Below the pieces are notes generated by a model. It did no database searches and was not told where the DNA came from. It saw nothing but the letters and a program-made list of their open reading frames with translations. From NCBI GenBank assembly GCA_017466375.1, contig JAFTUH010000037.1, forward strand, positions 2,782 to 66,781: a stretch of 64,000 bases of DNA, given 5' to 3'. The DNA comes from Clostridia bacterium. GTDB lineage: Bacteria; Bacillota; Clostridia; Oscillospirales; CAG-272. Shown in pieces: positions 46,339 through 55,442 of this stretch. Within the stretch, counting starts at the first letter, position 1. Each line of letters starts with the position of its first letter. Made by a program: the position numbers and the translations under genes.

Positions 46339-47361
46339 ATGAAAGAAAACAGAGTTGCCATCCTCGGCTACGGCGGAATCGCACGTTCGCACAAGGGCGG
46401 CTACATCCGTCTGCAGGAAGACTGTGCCCCCGTCAAGCTTGTTGCCCTGTGTGATATCGATGAGACACAGTTTACAAAGACGGTGACGATCAATACGGGT
46501 GAAACCTCCTCGGAGGATCTGTCCGCGTATCATCTGTATACCGATTTTGACGAGATGCTGGCAAAGGAAGAGTTCGACACCGTCGATATCTGCCTGCCCA
46601 CGTTTCTGCATAAGGAGTACACGATCCGTGCGCTGAAGGCAGGGAAGAACGTGCAGTGTGAAAAGCCGATGGCCCTTTCCTCGGCAGACTGCGCGGAGAT
46701 GATCGCTGCCGCTGAGGAAAGCGGTAAGAAACTCATGATTGGTCAGTGCCTGCGCTTTGATGGCGGTTACGTTGCGCTGAAAGAGTATCTTGACAGCGGC
46801 AAGGCGGGCAAGGTCCTGAGCGTGCGCTGTGAGCGATACAGTGCAATGCCGCGCTGGGCGTTTGAGGGCTGGTTCCACGATTACAGCCGTTCGGGCGGTG
46901 AGATGCACGATATGAGCATCCACGATTATGACATGATCCGCTTCCTTTTCGGTGAGCCGAAGCGTGTGTCTGCCTTCGGTGTGGATCACGAGATGAAGGA
47001 ACAGGTTTCGCATGCCATTATGCAGTACGAGGACGGCATGCTTGTTTCCGTCGGCGGAAGCTGGGGAGAGAGCAGTACGTTCCCGTTCACTTTCGGTATT
47101 CATGTCACGGCAGAGAACGCGACGGTCATCTGGAAGAACAAGATGACGGCCCCGCGTGTGTATCCGAACGAGGGTGAGCCGTATGATCTGCCGTGCACGC
47201 TGGTCAACTATATGGCAGAGCAGGCGCACTATTTTGCACGCGTAATTGCCGGGGAGATTGAGAACACCACCAATCCGCCGGAGAGCGCGATGCAGACCGT
47301 TGCGCTTGTTGAAAAACTGAAAGAGAGTGCTGCAAAAGGCGGCACAATCATCGAAATATAA
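46339..47361 (+). CDS. Gfo/Idh/MocA family oxidoreductase
   Basis: Rossmann motif VAILGYGGIARSH, and EKPMALS typical of the family. The start was set to the ATG at 46339. Confidence 0.85.
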   Translation: MKENRVAILGYGGIARSHKGGYIRLQEDCAPVKLVALCDIDETQFTKTVTINTGETSSEDLSAYHLYTDFDEMLAKEEFDTVDICLPTFLHKEYTIRALKAGKNVQCEKPMALSSADCAEMIAAAEESGKKLMIGQCLRFDGGYVALKEYLDSGKAGKVLSVRCERYSAMPRWAFEGWFHDYSRSGGEMHDMSIHDYDMIRFLFGEPKRVSAFGVDHEMKEQVSHAIMQYEDGMLVSVGGSWGESSTFPFTFGIHVTAENATVIWKNKMTAPRVYPNEGEPYDLPCTLVNYMAEQAHYFARVIAGEIENTTNPPESAMQTVALVEKLKESAAKGGTIIEI

Positions 47362-47374
47362 GGAGAACTTGACA

Positions 47375-48208
47375 ATGACGAAACTTGGTGCTTGTATCGT
47401 ATGGAAAGAAAATACGCTGGACTTCGCGGAGAAGTTTGCGGAACTGAAGGAAATCGGTCTGGACTGTTGCCAGATCACTGTGTGGGATCCGACGTTCCTT
47501 ACAGATGAGAATGCAAAAAAGATCAATGAGGCAGCCGCTTCTGTCGGTTTTGAGGTCACTTGCCTGTGGGTAGGCTGGACCGGTCCGTGCGAGTGGAACT
47601 TCACCGCCGGTCCCGATACGATCGGTCTTGTGCCCCGTGCATACCGTGCGCACCGCCTCAAGGAGCTGATCGAAGGCTCGCTGTTTGCCGAGAAGATCGG
47701 CGTCAAGGATATCGCAACGCACGTCGGCTTTATTCCGGAAAATCCGAGCGATACGAACTACAACGAGCTCGTTGCTTCCATCCGCTGGCTCTGCAACGAT
47801 CTGAAGAAGAGAGGACAGAACTTCCTCTTTGAGACCGGTCAGGAGACGCCGGTCACGATGCTCCGCACGATTGAAGATCTCGGCGTGGATAACGCGTTCA
47901 TCAACTTCGATACGGCAAACATCATGCTGTACGGCAAGGGTAACCCGACCGATTCCGTTCGCATCTTCGGCAAGTACGTGCGCAACACGCACATCAAGGA
48001 CGGCTTCTATCCGACGGACGGAAAGCACCTTGGTGCGCAGGTTCGTATCGGCGAAGGCAGAGTGGATTTCGGTTCGATCTTCAGCGTTCTTTCCGATTGC
48101 GAGTACCCCGGCCCGTACATCATCGAGCGCGAGATCTCCGGTCCCCAGCAGAAGATCGATATTATGGATGCGATCGCATATATCCGCAAAGTGATGCGTG
48201 TAGTTTAA
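47375..48208 (+). CDS. Sugar phosphate isomerase/epimerase (xylose isomerase-like TIM barrel)
   Basis: Family-like motifs (HVGFIPE, FLFETGQET, INFDTANIMLYG). AAGGAGAA RBS before the ATG at 47375. Confidence 0.8.
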   Translation: MTKLGACIVWKENTLDFAEKFAELKEIGLDCCQITVWDPTFLTDENAKKINEAAASVGFEVTCLWVGWTGPCEWNFTAGPDTIGLVPRAYRAHRLKELIEGSLFAEKIGVKDIATHVGFIPENPSDTNYNELVASIRWLCNDLKKRGQNFLFETGQETPVTMLRTIEDLGVDNAFINFDTANIMLYGKGNPTDSVRIFGKYVRNTHIKDGFYPTDGKHLGAQVRIGEGRVDFGSIFSVLSDCEYPGPYIIEREISGPQQKIDIMDAIAYIRKVMRVV

Positions 48209-48213
48209 TACTG

Positions 48214-48240
48214 AAAAGGCACCCGAAAGGGTGCCTTTTG
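48214..48240 (+). terminator. Rho-independent terminator
   Basis: AAAAGGCACCC-GAAA-GGGTGCCTTTTG. Confidence 0.8.
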
Positions 48241-48279
48241 CACGATCGTAAGTTTATTTTGCATAATGTAAAATAACGC

Positions 48280-48308
48280 TTGACATCTGTTTTTGAATGT
48301 GTTATTAT
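48280..48308 (+). promoter_or_regulatory. Near-consensus promoter, TTGACA-17-TATTAT with TGn extension
   Basis: -35 at 48280-48285, a 17-nt spacer ending in TGT, and -10 at 48303-48308. Confidence 0.65.
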
Positions 48309-48372
48309 GAAAAAAATGCGGTTGTTTTTGCCGTTTTTGTAACGTATACCGCATCCGAAAGGAGTCATATGC

Positions 48373-50529
48373 ATGGAAAACATCATTCTGGAAAACGGGT
48401 ATTTTCGCCTGACACTTCGCCCCGACTGTGTGGCAGAGAGCCTTATCTGCAAGGCGAACGGGCAGGAATGCCTCGACAATTACGAGGAGATGCCGCTCTT
48501 CACACTCACAGAGCCGCGTCCGTTCAACAACGAGATCAAGCTCGCGTATCCGAACAAGCGCACGACGTACGGTGCAAACCGCGTCCGCATGGAGGGCGAT
48601 AAGCTGATCGTCGGCTTTGAAATCCTTGGCTGGGAGGCGGTCGTTTCGGTGAAGATCGCGCCGCGCTACATTGCGTTTGAGTTGGTCGATTTTATTTACG
48701 ATCACGAAGTCCATTTTGAATCACTGTCGATGACACCGCCGCCGGTCACTGAGTTCCGTCTCATCCAGCTGCCTGTCAAGCACCGCGAGAATTTCGGTGC
48801 ATGGCTGAACGTCATGTGGGACGAGGAAGTTGCCGTCAACGTCCTCGCTGCACATCCGTTCGCACGGATCGATTCCGAAAAACGTAAGGATTACCGTGTG
48901 CTGACTGCCGACGCGCTCTCCGAGGTTCAGCTGAAGAACGTCCCCGCCGCGCTGATTGTGTGCCCGAAGGACGATCTGCTCGATGCCATTGATTCGCTGG
49001 AGGAGGATTTTGACCTGCCGCGCGGTGTCAAGTCCCGCCGTGGGGAGAAGATCAACCGCTCCATGTATTGGGTGTCGAATGTCTATCCCGAGACGGTAGA
49101 TGAATATATCAAGTACGCTAAAAAGATGGGCCTTACAATGATGACGCTGTATTACCCGTCTTTGTGGCAGTCGTGGCGCAATTACGGAAAGACCGGTGAC
49201 TATACGTACAACGAGCATTACCCGAACGGTGCCGCGGACGTGAAGGTCATGCTTGACAAGATCAAAGCGGCAGGCATTACCCCCGGGCTTCACGTCCTGC
49301 CGACGCATATCGGTGTGGATTCGTATCACGTTACGCCGAAGATCGACCACCGCATCCGTCTGACGCGCCATTTTACGCTGGCTAAGCCCCTTTCCAAGGA
49401 TGACACGACGGTGTACGTCGAGCAGAATCCGATCGGCTGTGTGATGGATGAAAAATGCCGCGTGCTCAACTTTGAGGGCGAGGGTATTTATTACGAATCC
49501 TACACGACCGAGCCGCCGTACTGCTTTACGGGATGCGTGCGCGGTCACTATGAAACGGAGATTCAGGAGCATAAGCTCGGCACGATCGGCGGACTGCTTG
49601 ACGTGAGCGAGTACTGCGCGTGCAGCCTGTATCTCGATCAGAACTCCTCCTTTATGGACGAGATCGCCGATCAGATCGCGGAAGGGTATGCAGCAGGATT
49701 TGAGTATCTGTACCTCGACGGTGCGGAGGGTGCGAATGTGCCGTATGAGATCTATATTCCGCTGGCGCAGTATCGCGTGTATAAGAAGTGCAAGCCGTTA
49801 CCGCTGTTCGTGGAGGGTGCGGCAAAGGCACATTTCAGCTGGCACGTCATGAGCGGCGCAAACGCGTTCGACTATTTCCAGATGCCCGTATTCAAGGAGA
49901 AGATCGCCGAGTTCCCGTGTGCCGAGGCACCCGAGATCGCGAAGGATTTCACCCGTCTGAACTTCGGCTGGTGGCTCTTCAATACGGAGACGATGCCCGA
50001 TATGTACGAGTACGGCACGAGCCGTGCTGCTGCATGGGATTGCCCGACGACGGTCATGTTCCGCGGCTGGCAGATGTATACGGATAATCCGCGCACGGAG
50101 GACTGCTTTGAGGTCATGCGCCGCTGGGAGGATGTCCGCCGCAAGAATTGGCTGACGGCAGAGCAGAAGGAGATGCTCAAGGACACCGCGCAGGAGCACA
50201 CGCTGCTCATCAATGAGAAGGGTGAGTATGAGCTTGTTCCGTACGACTGCGTGAAGGGTGCAGGCGGCGAGGATGCACCCGTATCCGTGTTCGTGTTCGA
50301 GAGGGCAGGCAAATCGTATGCCGTGATTTGGCACACGACGGGCGAGGGCGAGCTGTCCGTACCGTTTGACGGCGATTTCACCTACAAAACGGAGATCGCG
50401 GGCGAGGATGTCGCCACCCGAAAAGACGGCGGCAGCGTGATTCTGCCCGTCGGCGATAAGCGGTATTTCAGCGCGAATGTGCCGAAGGAGACGCTGGCAC
50501 AGGCATTTGCCTGGGCGAAGATGATGTAA
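48373..50529 (+). CDS. Uncharacterised 718-aa cytoplasmic protein, possibly a TIM-barrel glycoside hydrolase-like enzyme
   Basis: GGAG RBS, no signal peptide, long uninterrupted ORF with its own promoter and terminator. I recognise no family. The glycosidase idea comes only from context and alternating beta/alpha-like sequence. Confidence 0.55.
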   Translation: MENIILENGYFRLTLRPDCVAESLICKANGQECLDNYEEMPLFTLTEPRPFNNEIKLAYPNKRTTYGANRVRMEGDKLIVGFEILGWEAVVSVKIAPRYIAFELVDFIYDHEVHFESLSMTPPPVTEFRLIQLPVKHRENFGAWLNVMWDEEVAVNVLAAHPFARIDSEKRKDYRVLTADALSEVQLKNVPAALIVCPKDDLLDAIDSLEEDFDLPRGVKSRRGEKINRSMYWVSNVYPETVDEYIKYAKKMGLTMMTLYYPSLWQSWRNYGKTGDYTYNEHYPNGAADVKVMLDKIKAAGITPGLHVLPTHIGVDSYHVTPKIDHRIRLTRHFTLAKPLSKDDTTVYVEQNPIGCVMDEKCRVLNFEGEGIYYESYTTEPPYCFTGCVRGHYETEIQEHKLGTIGGLLDVSEYCACSLYLDQNSSFMDEIADQIAEGYAAGFEYLYLDGAEGANVPYEIYIPLAQYRVYKKCKPLPLFVEGAAKAHFSWHVMSGANAFDYFQMPVFKEKIAEFPCAEAPEIAKDFTRLNFGWWLFNTETMPDMYEYGTSRAAAWDCPTTVMFRGWQMYTDNPRTEDCFEVMRRWEDVRRKNWLTAEQKEMLKDTAQEHTLLINEKGEYELVPYDCVKGAGGEDAPVSVFVFERAGKSYAVIWHTTGEGELSVPFDGDFTYKTEIAGEDVATRKDGGSVILPVGDKRYFSANVPKETLAQAFAWAKMM

Positions 50530-50534
50530 AACAG

Positions 50535-50565
50535 AAAAAACTGCCGTGAAATGCGGCAGTTTTTC
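50535..50565. terminator. Bidirectional terminator
   Basis: AAAAAACTGCCG-TGAAAT-GCGGCAGTTTTTCG. Confidence 0.8.
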
Positions 50566-50567
50566 GT

Positions 50568-50900
50568 TTACAGCATGGATATCACGGTGCAGGGCTTCCC
50601 GATTTTCTCACAATAGCGAATCACGGAAAGCGTTCCTTTGGATGTGCCGTCCCAAAATGCAAGAACGGCATCCGCATATTCTACGATTTGCTTGTTGCGG
50701 ACGATCGGTGCGCCGCGTCCGTATTTTTCATATACCGGCAAAAACTCTGTCAGTTTCAATCCGTGCGACAGTGCGTATTCTGCGGCACACCGATCAACTC
50801 CCTTGGCTCCTCCAGATACGATTTCGGTGCAGGCTTTGGGAAGATATATTTCTAAATTCCCTATAACTGCGTTTCTTGATCCAATGACTGCTATCTTCAT
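50568..50900 (-). CDS. SLOG-fold protein, DUF2493/YspA-like (110 aa)
   Basis: MKIAVIGSR...IVSGGAKGVDRCAAEYA...ADAVLAFWDGTSKGT matches the Rossmann-like SLOG (DprA/LOG-like) pattern. GGAGG sits 5 nt before the ATG at 50900. Confidence 0.6.
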   Translation of the reverse strand: MKIAVIGSRNAVIGNLEIYLPKACTEIVSGGAKGVDRCAAEYALSHGLKLTEFLPVYEKYGRGAPIVRNKQIVEYADAVLAFWDGTSKGTLSVIRYCEKIGKPCTVISML

Positions 50901-50920
50901 ATTTACCTCCAATATAGTCT

Positions 50921-50984
50921 ACTTAAATTAAGTATACTTACAACATTATACCACAAAATAATCTTAAAATATACTTAAATTAAG
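50921..50984. promoter_or_regulatory. Two copies of palindrome ACTTAA-A-TTAAG(T) in the divergent SLOG/RHH intergenic region (candidate operators)
   Basis: ACTTAAATTAAGT at 50921-50933 and ACTTAAATTAAG at 50973-50984. The second is nested in AATCTTAA...TTAAGATT. The region is very AT-rich. Confidence 0.45.
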
Positions 50985-51000
50985 ATTATTGGAGAAAATA

Positions 51001-51192
51001 ATGCGAGATAAGAAGAATAAGCACCTTGGTATTGAGATCGATCCGGAATTGCATTATAAATTGCACTATATTTCCAAATATGAAGGCAGAAGTGCCAACG
51101 GAGAGATTTTGTACCTGATCCGAAAGGAAATCCGTGCCTTTGAAGTGCGTGAGGGTGAAATTGTATATCCGCCCGCAGATGATGCGCAGTAA
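51001..51192 (+). CDS. Ribbon-helix-helix (Arc/CopG-like) DNA-binding protein (63 aa)
   Basis: The pattern KHLGIEIDPELHYKLHYISKYEGRSANGEILYLIRKEI fits a beta-strand followed by two helices, as in the RHH fold. The ATG sits 6 nt after GGAG. Confidence 0.55.
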   Translation: MRDKKNKHLGIEIDPELHYKLHYISKYEGRSANGEILYLIRKEIRAFEVREGEIVYPPADDAQ

Positions 51193-51200
51193 ACAAACAG

Positions 51201-51238
51201 AAATCCCCGATAGATTTTTCGTCTATCGGGGATTTTTT
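51201..51238. terminator. Bidirectional terminator
   Basis: AAATCCCCGATAGA-TTTTTC-GTCTATCGGGGATTTTTT. Confidence 0.8.
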
Positions 51239-53073
51239 CAGTATTCGATTTTGAGAATCTCGACCGTGTCATCCGTGTCGGGAACGTACTCGATTTTCTC
51301 GATTTCCTTTTCAGGATGCGGGTTTTTGTACGCGGTCGTGTACCACGTTTTGCCGCCCTCCACGCACGGGAGCGTCGAATACGATACCTCCAGCAGGGCA
51401 GAGGACGCGCGGTTCAGCGTGTCTGGATCAAACGACTCCGCGTCATCCGCCGTGGCGTACGGGATTGCGCTGTTTGTAATATTCGTGCCGTATTTGACCT
51501 CAAACAGTGCCGTCGTTCCGTCCGTGTACGTCACACGGTAATTGCCCATGTGATAGAGCTCGTCTTCAATAAATACGCCGTCGTAGAACACCTTGTACGG
51601 GATATTTTTCTCCGTCGTGTGCGTGATTCGGATGTAACCCTCATCCGCCTTGCCGTAGTGGAGACGGAATGCTTCCGTAAACGTGCGCGTGACGATCTCG
51701 TTTTGACGGTCATTGTCATACGTTTTGCTCCACAGGGCAAACGCGCCGAATATCAGGTGGAAGTATTGGCAGTTTCTCTGCATGTATTCCGGATGATTGG
51801 AACCCCAGTTCGAGCAGAAGCCGCCCTTCATGCCGTATCTGCGTCGGTCGCGCCAGTACTGCACGCCATCCGCACACATATTGCCGTAAATTGCCTCGTA
51901 TCCGTGCGTGTGGTAGACGAAATCGTACTGCATCCCGAAAGCGTAGTACCAGTGCAGCATCAGAATGTCCTTCGGCAGCTTGCTCTGGCAGGTGTAGACG
52001 GCGGGGTATTTCCACTTCGGATGGCGGTATGCCTCCGATCCGCCGAAGGTGGATCCGTTCTGCGTGACGACGGGCAGGAGCTTCTCGCCCCACATCGCGG
52101 TACGGATGCCGCGCTCCGTCAGATACGCGTGGATTCGCTTTACGTCCTCCGCGTAGATGTCATCGGGACGGCTGTCCTTGCATCTGGGGCAGCGGCACAT
52201 CGTGTAGAATTCGTCATGGCCGATGTTCACAATCGTCGGCTCAAACACCGCAATGACCTCATCCATGATGTCGAAGACGAGCTTGTACACGTCGGGATGA
52301 TTCGGGCAGTACGTGTCCGGATACGGATCCTCCTCGCGCTCTCTCAGCTCGGGATGCGCCAGGCAGATGTAGTCGGAATGCGACAGCGTCGGTACTTCGG
52401 GATATACATCCAGTCCCCGTGCACGGCAGTACTCGATCAGAGTGCGCACCTCGTCCTGCGTCAGAATGTCGCCCTCGCCGTTGTCGGTGTGGATGGAGTT
52501 TTTCTGCCAATCGTATCCCATTTGGATCTCATGCGCACGACCGGAGTAGCGGTGCGTATCCGCGGCGAACGCCGCCCATGCCTCATTGATTTCGGGATGC
52601 CGCTTGTACTCCATGGCGCCGCCAATCTCAAGAAAGACACAGTTGTATTTGTAATAGACGATTGTATCGATCATGTCAAAGAATTCTTTGAACGATTTCC
52701 GACCGGGAAGGTACACGCGATAGCCGCGGAATGCGCAGTCGGGGGCATCCTCCAGCTGACAGATACACATTTCGCCTGTGAGGTTCATCTGCAGAAGCGT
52801 GACGGCGGCATAGATGCGTGCGCGCTCCGTTCCGCCGTGCAGGATCACTTCCGATTCCGTGACAGTGATTGCGTAAGCTTCCTCGCCGGTGACGGAAGCA
52901 CCTTCCGGCAGATGATGTTCGAAACGGATGGTTTTCACCGTTCCGTCGGCAGTGCCGTGTTCGGTGATGCATGTACGTGTAATCTCGGCTGCGTAACCTG
53001 TACCGTTTATGGCAGCGTTGTCAGAAAGCGAGACAGTTTGTCCTTTTTTCCAAATTTGCGGTTCGAAAAACAT
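51238..53073 (-). CDS. Glycoside hydrolase family 20-like protein (putative beta-N-acetylhexosaminidase)
   Basis: FRGYRVYLPGRKSFKEFFDMIDTIVYYKYNCVFLEI resembles the start of the GH20 TIM barrel. NIGHDEF resembles the HxGGDE catalytic region. No signal peptide. Confidence 0.6.
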   Translation of the reverse strand: MFFEPQIWKKGQTVSLSDNAAINGTGYAAEITRTCITEHGTADGTVKTIRFEHHLPEGASVTGEEAYAITVTESEVILHGGTERARIYAAVTLLQMNLTGEMCICQLEDAPDCAFRGYRVYLPGRKSFKEFFDMIDTIVYYKYNCVFLEIGGAMEYKRHPEINEAWAAFAADTHRYSGRAHEIQMGYDWQKNSIHTDNGEGDILTQDEVRTLIEYCRARGLDVYPEVPTLSHSDYICLAHPELREREEDPYPDTYCPNHPDVYKLVFDIMDEVIAVFEPTIVNIGHDEFYTMCRCPRCKDSRPDDIYAEDVKRIHAYLTERGIRTAMWGEKLLPVVTQNGSTFGGSEAYRHPKWKYPAVYTCQSKLPKDILMLHWYYAFGMQYDFVYHTHGYEAIYGNMCADGVQYWRDRRRYGMKGGFCSNWGSNHPEYMQRNCQYFHLIFGAFALWSKTYDNDRQNEIVTRTFTEAFRLHYGKADEGYIRITHTTEKNIPYKVFYDGVFIEDELYHMGNYRVTYTDGTTALFEVKYGTNITNSAIPYATADDAESFDPDTLNRASSALLEVSYSTLPCVEGGKTWYTTAYKNPHPEKEIEKIEYVPDTDDTVEILKIEY

Positions 53074-53105
53074 AAAAGAACCCCTCCGGAACGTGTGTTT
53101 TATCC

Positions 53106-53134
53106 ATTATAACAAAACCCTCCTGCAATTGCAA
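53106..53134 (-). promoter_or_regulatory. Promoter TTGCAA-17-TATAAT for the GH20-like gene, embedded in a hairpin that can also terminate the upstream lipoprotein gene
   Basis: The minus strand reads AAACCCTC-TTGCAA-TTGCAGGAGGGTTTTGT-TATAAT. The AAACCCTC/GAGGGTTT stem is followed by a T-rich stretch. Confidence 0.5.
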
Positions 53135-53171
53135 GAGGGTTTCTGATTTTTTGAAAATATTTACCTGCGAA

Positions 53172-54056
53172 TCAGCCGATTCGATAGAAATTGCTCAGGA
53201 TATCCGCAGTTGTATCCTCAATGTAGGTGGTAACGGCGATGTTGGCGAGATACCCGTCGCATTTCACACTGAGCATCAGCTGATAGACACGGATGCCGCT
53301 GATCTGTGCGGTGGTGCGCATAGCGGGTACAGTCTCCCCGTCCAAAATCACGTCGACGATTTCGGAGGAGAAATCCGTATAGCCCATGTTCTCGAACATC
53401 TCGCGCATATAGGGGACGGCAGCCTTGTAATTCTCAGCGACGTCCAGCAGGGCGAGCTGCAAAGCATTCAGCTTCTCGAGATTTACGTTGATGTTGTTCA
53501 GCTCATCCGCGTCCATGGCGAGCATATCATAGAAAACCGTTGCATTTTCGATCAGTTGGCGGTAGGTGTCGCCGGCAAGCTCGGCCGTCGCGTTGTTCAT
53601 AATACGGATCTGCTCTTCGGAAGAGTAACTCCAGCCGTCGGGAATCAAGCATCCCAGCCCGATAAGGGAGTTTTCGTACCGTCTTCCCGCAACTGTGCCG
53701 AGTACATCGTTTCCGTCATCAATCGGGCTTTCGGGTGTCTGATCCGCAGGCTCGGTTTCAGGCTCGGTTTCAGGCTCGGTTTCGGGCTCGGTTTCGGGCT
53801 CGGTTTCGGGCTCGGTTTCGGGCTCGGTTTCGGGCTCGGTTTCGGGCTCGGTCTCAGGCTCGGTTTCGGGCTCGGTTTCGAGCTCGGTTTCGGGCTCGGT
53901 CTCAGGCTCGGTTTCCTCGGCTGTGGGATCGTCCGTTTGTTCAATTTCATCCGAGGGGTCTGCTTCATTTTCGTTGTAATTCGGCTCGCACGCGCACAAA
54001 GAAAAGACGAGAAGGGCGGCAAGAACGAGTGCAAAAATTTTGTTTTTTAGCTTCAT
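53172..54056 (-). CDS. Lipoprotein with a long (T/L)EPE acidic repeat linker
   Basis: Lipobox LVFSLCAC after [16 protein letters not shown]. About 15 TEPE units are followed by a ~190-aa globular domain. The start was trimmed from the track's 54332 to 54056. Confidence 0.7.
   Translation of the reverse strand: MKLKNKIFALVLAALLVFSLCACEPNYNENEADPSDEIEQTDDPTAEETEPETEPETELETEPETEPETEPETEPETEPETEPETEPETEPETEPETEPETEPADQTPESPIDDGNDVLGTVAGRRYENSLIGLGCLIPDGWSYSSEEQIRIMNNATAELAGDTYRQLIENATVFYDMLAMDADELNNINVNLEKLNALQLALLDVAENYKAAVPYMREMFENMGYTDFSSEIVDVILDGETVPAMRTTAQISGIRVYQLMLSVKCDGYLANIAVTTYIEDTTADILSNFYRIG
53749..53916. repeat. 14 tandem 12-bp units (GGCTCGGTTTCR) encoding the TEPE repeat
   Basis: Read directly. 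The units are near-perfect with a few A/G and T/C substitutions. Confidence 0.9.
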
Positions 54057-54093
54057 GATGGTCTCCTGTGTATAAGATAGACATATTATAGCA

Positions 54094-54468
54094 TCAGCGA
54101 CGGCGCTTGTCAAGCAGATATTCGGTGAGGGCGAACAGGGCACATCCCGCGCCGTAGCAGAGAATATCGATCCATGAAAAGGAGCGTCCGAGCAGGGTAG
54201 AGAAAAACGCGCTGTCGGCAAGACCGATGAGACGAACGAAATCGAAATACTGCAGGGCTTCGACAGCGGCGGCAAAGAGGAATACGTACAGCGGCAGAAG
54301 ACGGATGCCTGCCGGAAAAAAGATACGCACAAAGGCGCAGATCAGCACCGTCACGAGGATATCCCCGCCGTACGGACGAAGGAAAGCGTCCCGCACGAAC
54401 AGTGCGATCAGAATCTCACAAAGGAGGAGGAGGGCAAAAGCCGCCGCGTAGGAAATTCGTTTTTTCAT
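54094..54468 (-). CDS. DUF2809-like small membrane protein
   Basis: The N-terminal LIALFVRDAFLRPYGGDILVTVLI motif is characteristic of DUF2809. It has four TM helices and an ATGA overlap with the GH25 gene. Confidence 0.6.
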   Translation of the reverse strand: MKKRISYAAAFALLLLCEILIALFVRDAFLRPYGGDILVTVLICAFVRIFFPAGIRLLPLYVFLFAAAVEALQYFDFVRLIGLADSAFFSTLLGRSFSWIDILCYGAGCALFALTEYLLDKRRR

Positions 54469-55226
54469 TTTCCGACCTCCTTGCAGCGCGGATATGCGGT
54501 AAATTCCTCCGCCGTGCCCGCGAATACGTTCAGATCGATGAATTTCTCCTCGCCGCGGTATCCGTCAAGGATTCCTCGGTTGGTGAATTGCCAGAACGTC
54601 CACGCGCGTCCGTCTGTGAGAGTGGGGGCGCTCGTCACGTTGCGGATCCAGATATCGTACGGTGTGAAATCGTGCGCCAGATACAGCGCGTAGGATTCCT
54701 CCGTTGCGTACAAAATCGGGCGGACGCCATAGTGCGCCTCCAGCATATCCAGAAGCGTATGCAGTTGTGCCGTAACCGTATCCGTCGGCGGCGGGTTTTG
54801 ATCGTACCCGCCGTAGAATTCGAGATCGATCACGGGCGGAAGCATACCGGCAAATGCAGGGACGGTGCGGATGAAGTTTTCTGCCTGCGTCTCCCCTGCG
54901 CTGTCAAAGCTGAAAAAATGATACGCACCGACAGCGAGATCGGTTGCGCGTGCGTTTGTAAAATTCTCCTCAAAGCACGGATCGGTATAGGAGGAGCCTT
55001 CCGTCGCCTTGATGAAAGCAAAATCGATCCCCTCGCCGGCGAGCGTCTGCCAGTCGATCTCCCCCTGATACCGGGATACGTCCACACCGCGTACGGGATA
55101 TTTCTCCCGCGGCGGATTATTCAGAAGGACGACGCCGTGATACACCGCCCATGCGTACAGAACTGCTGATAGAATCAGCCAAAGAGCAAGAATAGGCGCC
55201 CAGATTCGCCATCGGATCCGTTTCAA
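54465..55226 (-). CDS. GH25 family lysozyme (muramidase) with N-terminal membrane anchor
   Basis: GVDVSRYQGEIDWQTLAGEGIDFAFIKATEG is the GH25 signature. It appears to use a TTG start at 55226. Confidence 0.85.
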   Translation of the reverse strand: MKRIRWRIWAPILALWLILSAVLYAWAVYHGVVLLNNPPREKYPVRGVDVSRYQGEIDWQTLAGEGIDFAFIKATEGSSYTDPCFEENFTNARATDLAVGAYHFFSFDSAGETQAENFIRTVPAFAGMLPPVIDLEFYGGYDQNPPPTDTVTAQLHTLLDMLEAHYGVRPILYATEESYALYLAHDFTPYDIWIRNVTSAPTLTDGRAWTFWQFTNRGILDGYRGEEKFIDLNVFAGTAEEFTAYPRCKEVGK

Positions 55227-55383
55227 AGAATCACCGCCTTTGTATCATTATAGCACACACGCGATACGTTGTCAATAAAACGCCGGGATTGCCGAAAATG
55301 CAGGATTTATTGATCGAAAATTCATTTTTGCGCATAAATTCTGTTAAAAAACCAAAAAAATACAAAAAAACGAAAAACAGGCG

Positions 55384-55412
55384 TTGACAGCCTCCGTTTT
55401 CTCGTGTATAAT
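55384..55412 (+). promoter_or_regulatory. Perfect consensus promoter TTGACA-17-TATAAT
   Basis: -35 at 55384-55389, an exact 17-nt spacer, and -10 at 55407-55412. It lies ~30 nt upstream of the RBS/ATG at 55443. Confidence 0.7.
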
Positions 55413-55442
55413 AGAAGTAACAAAAATACAGGAGGCAAGTTT

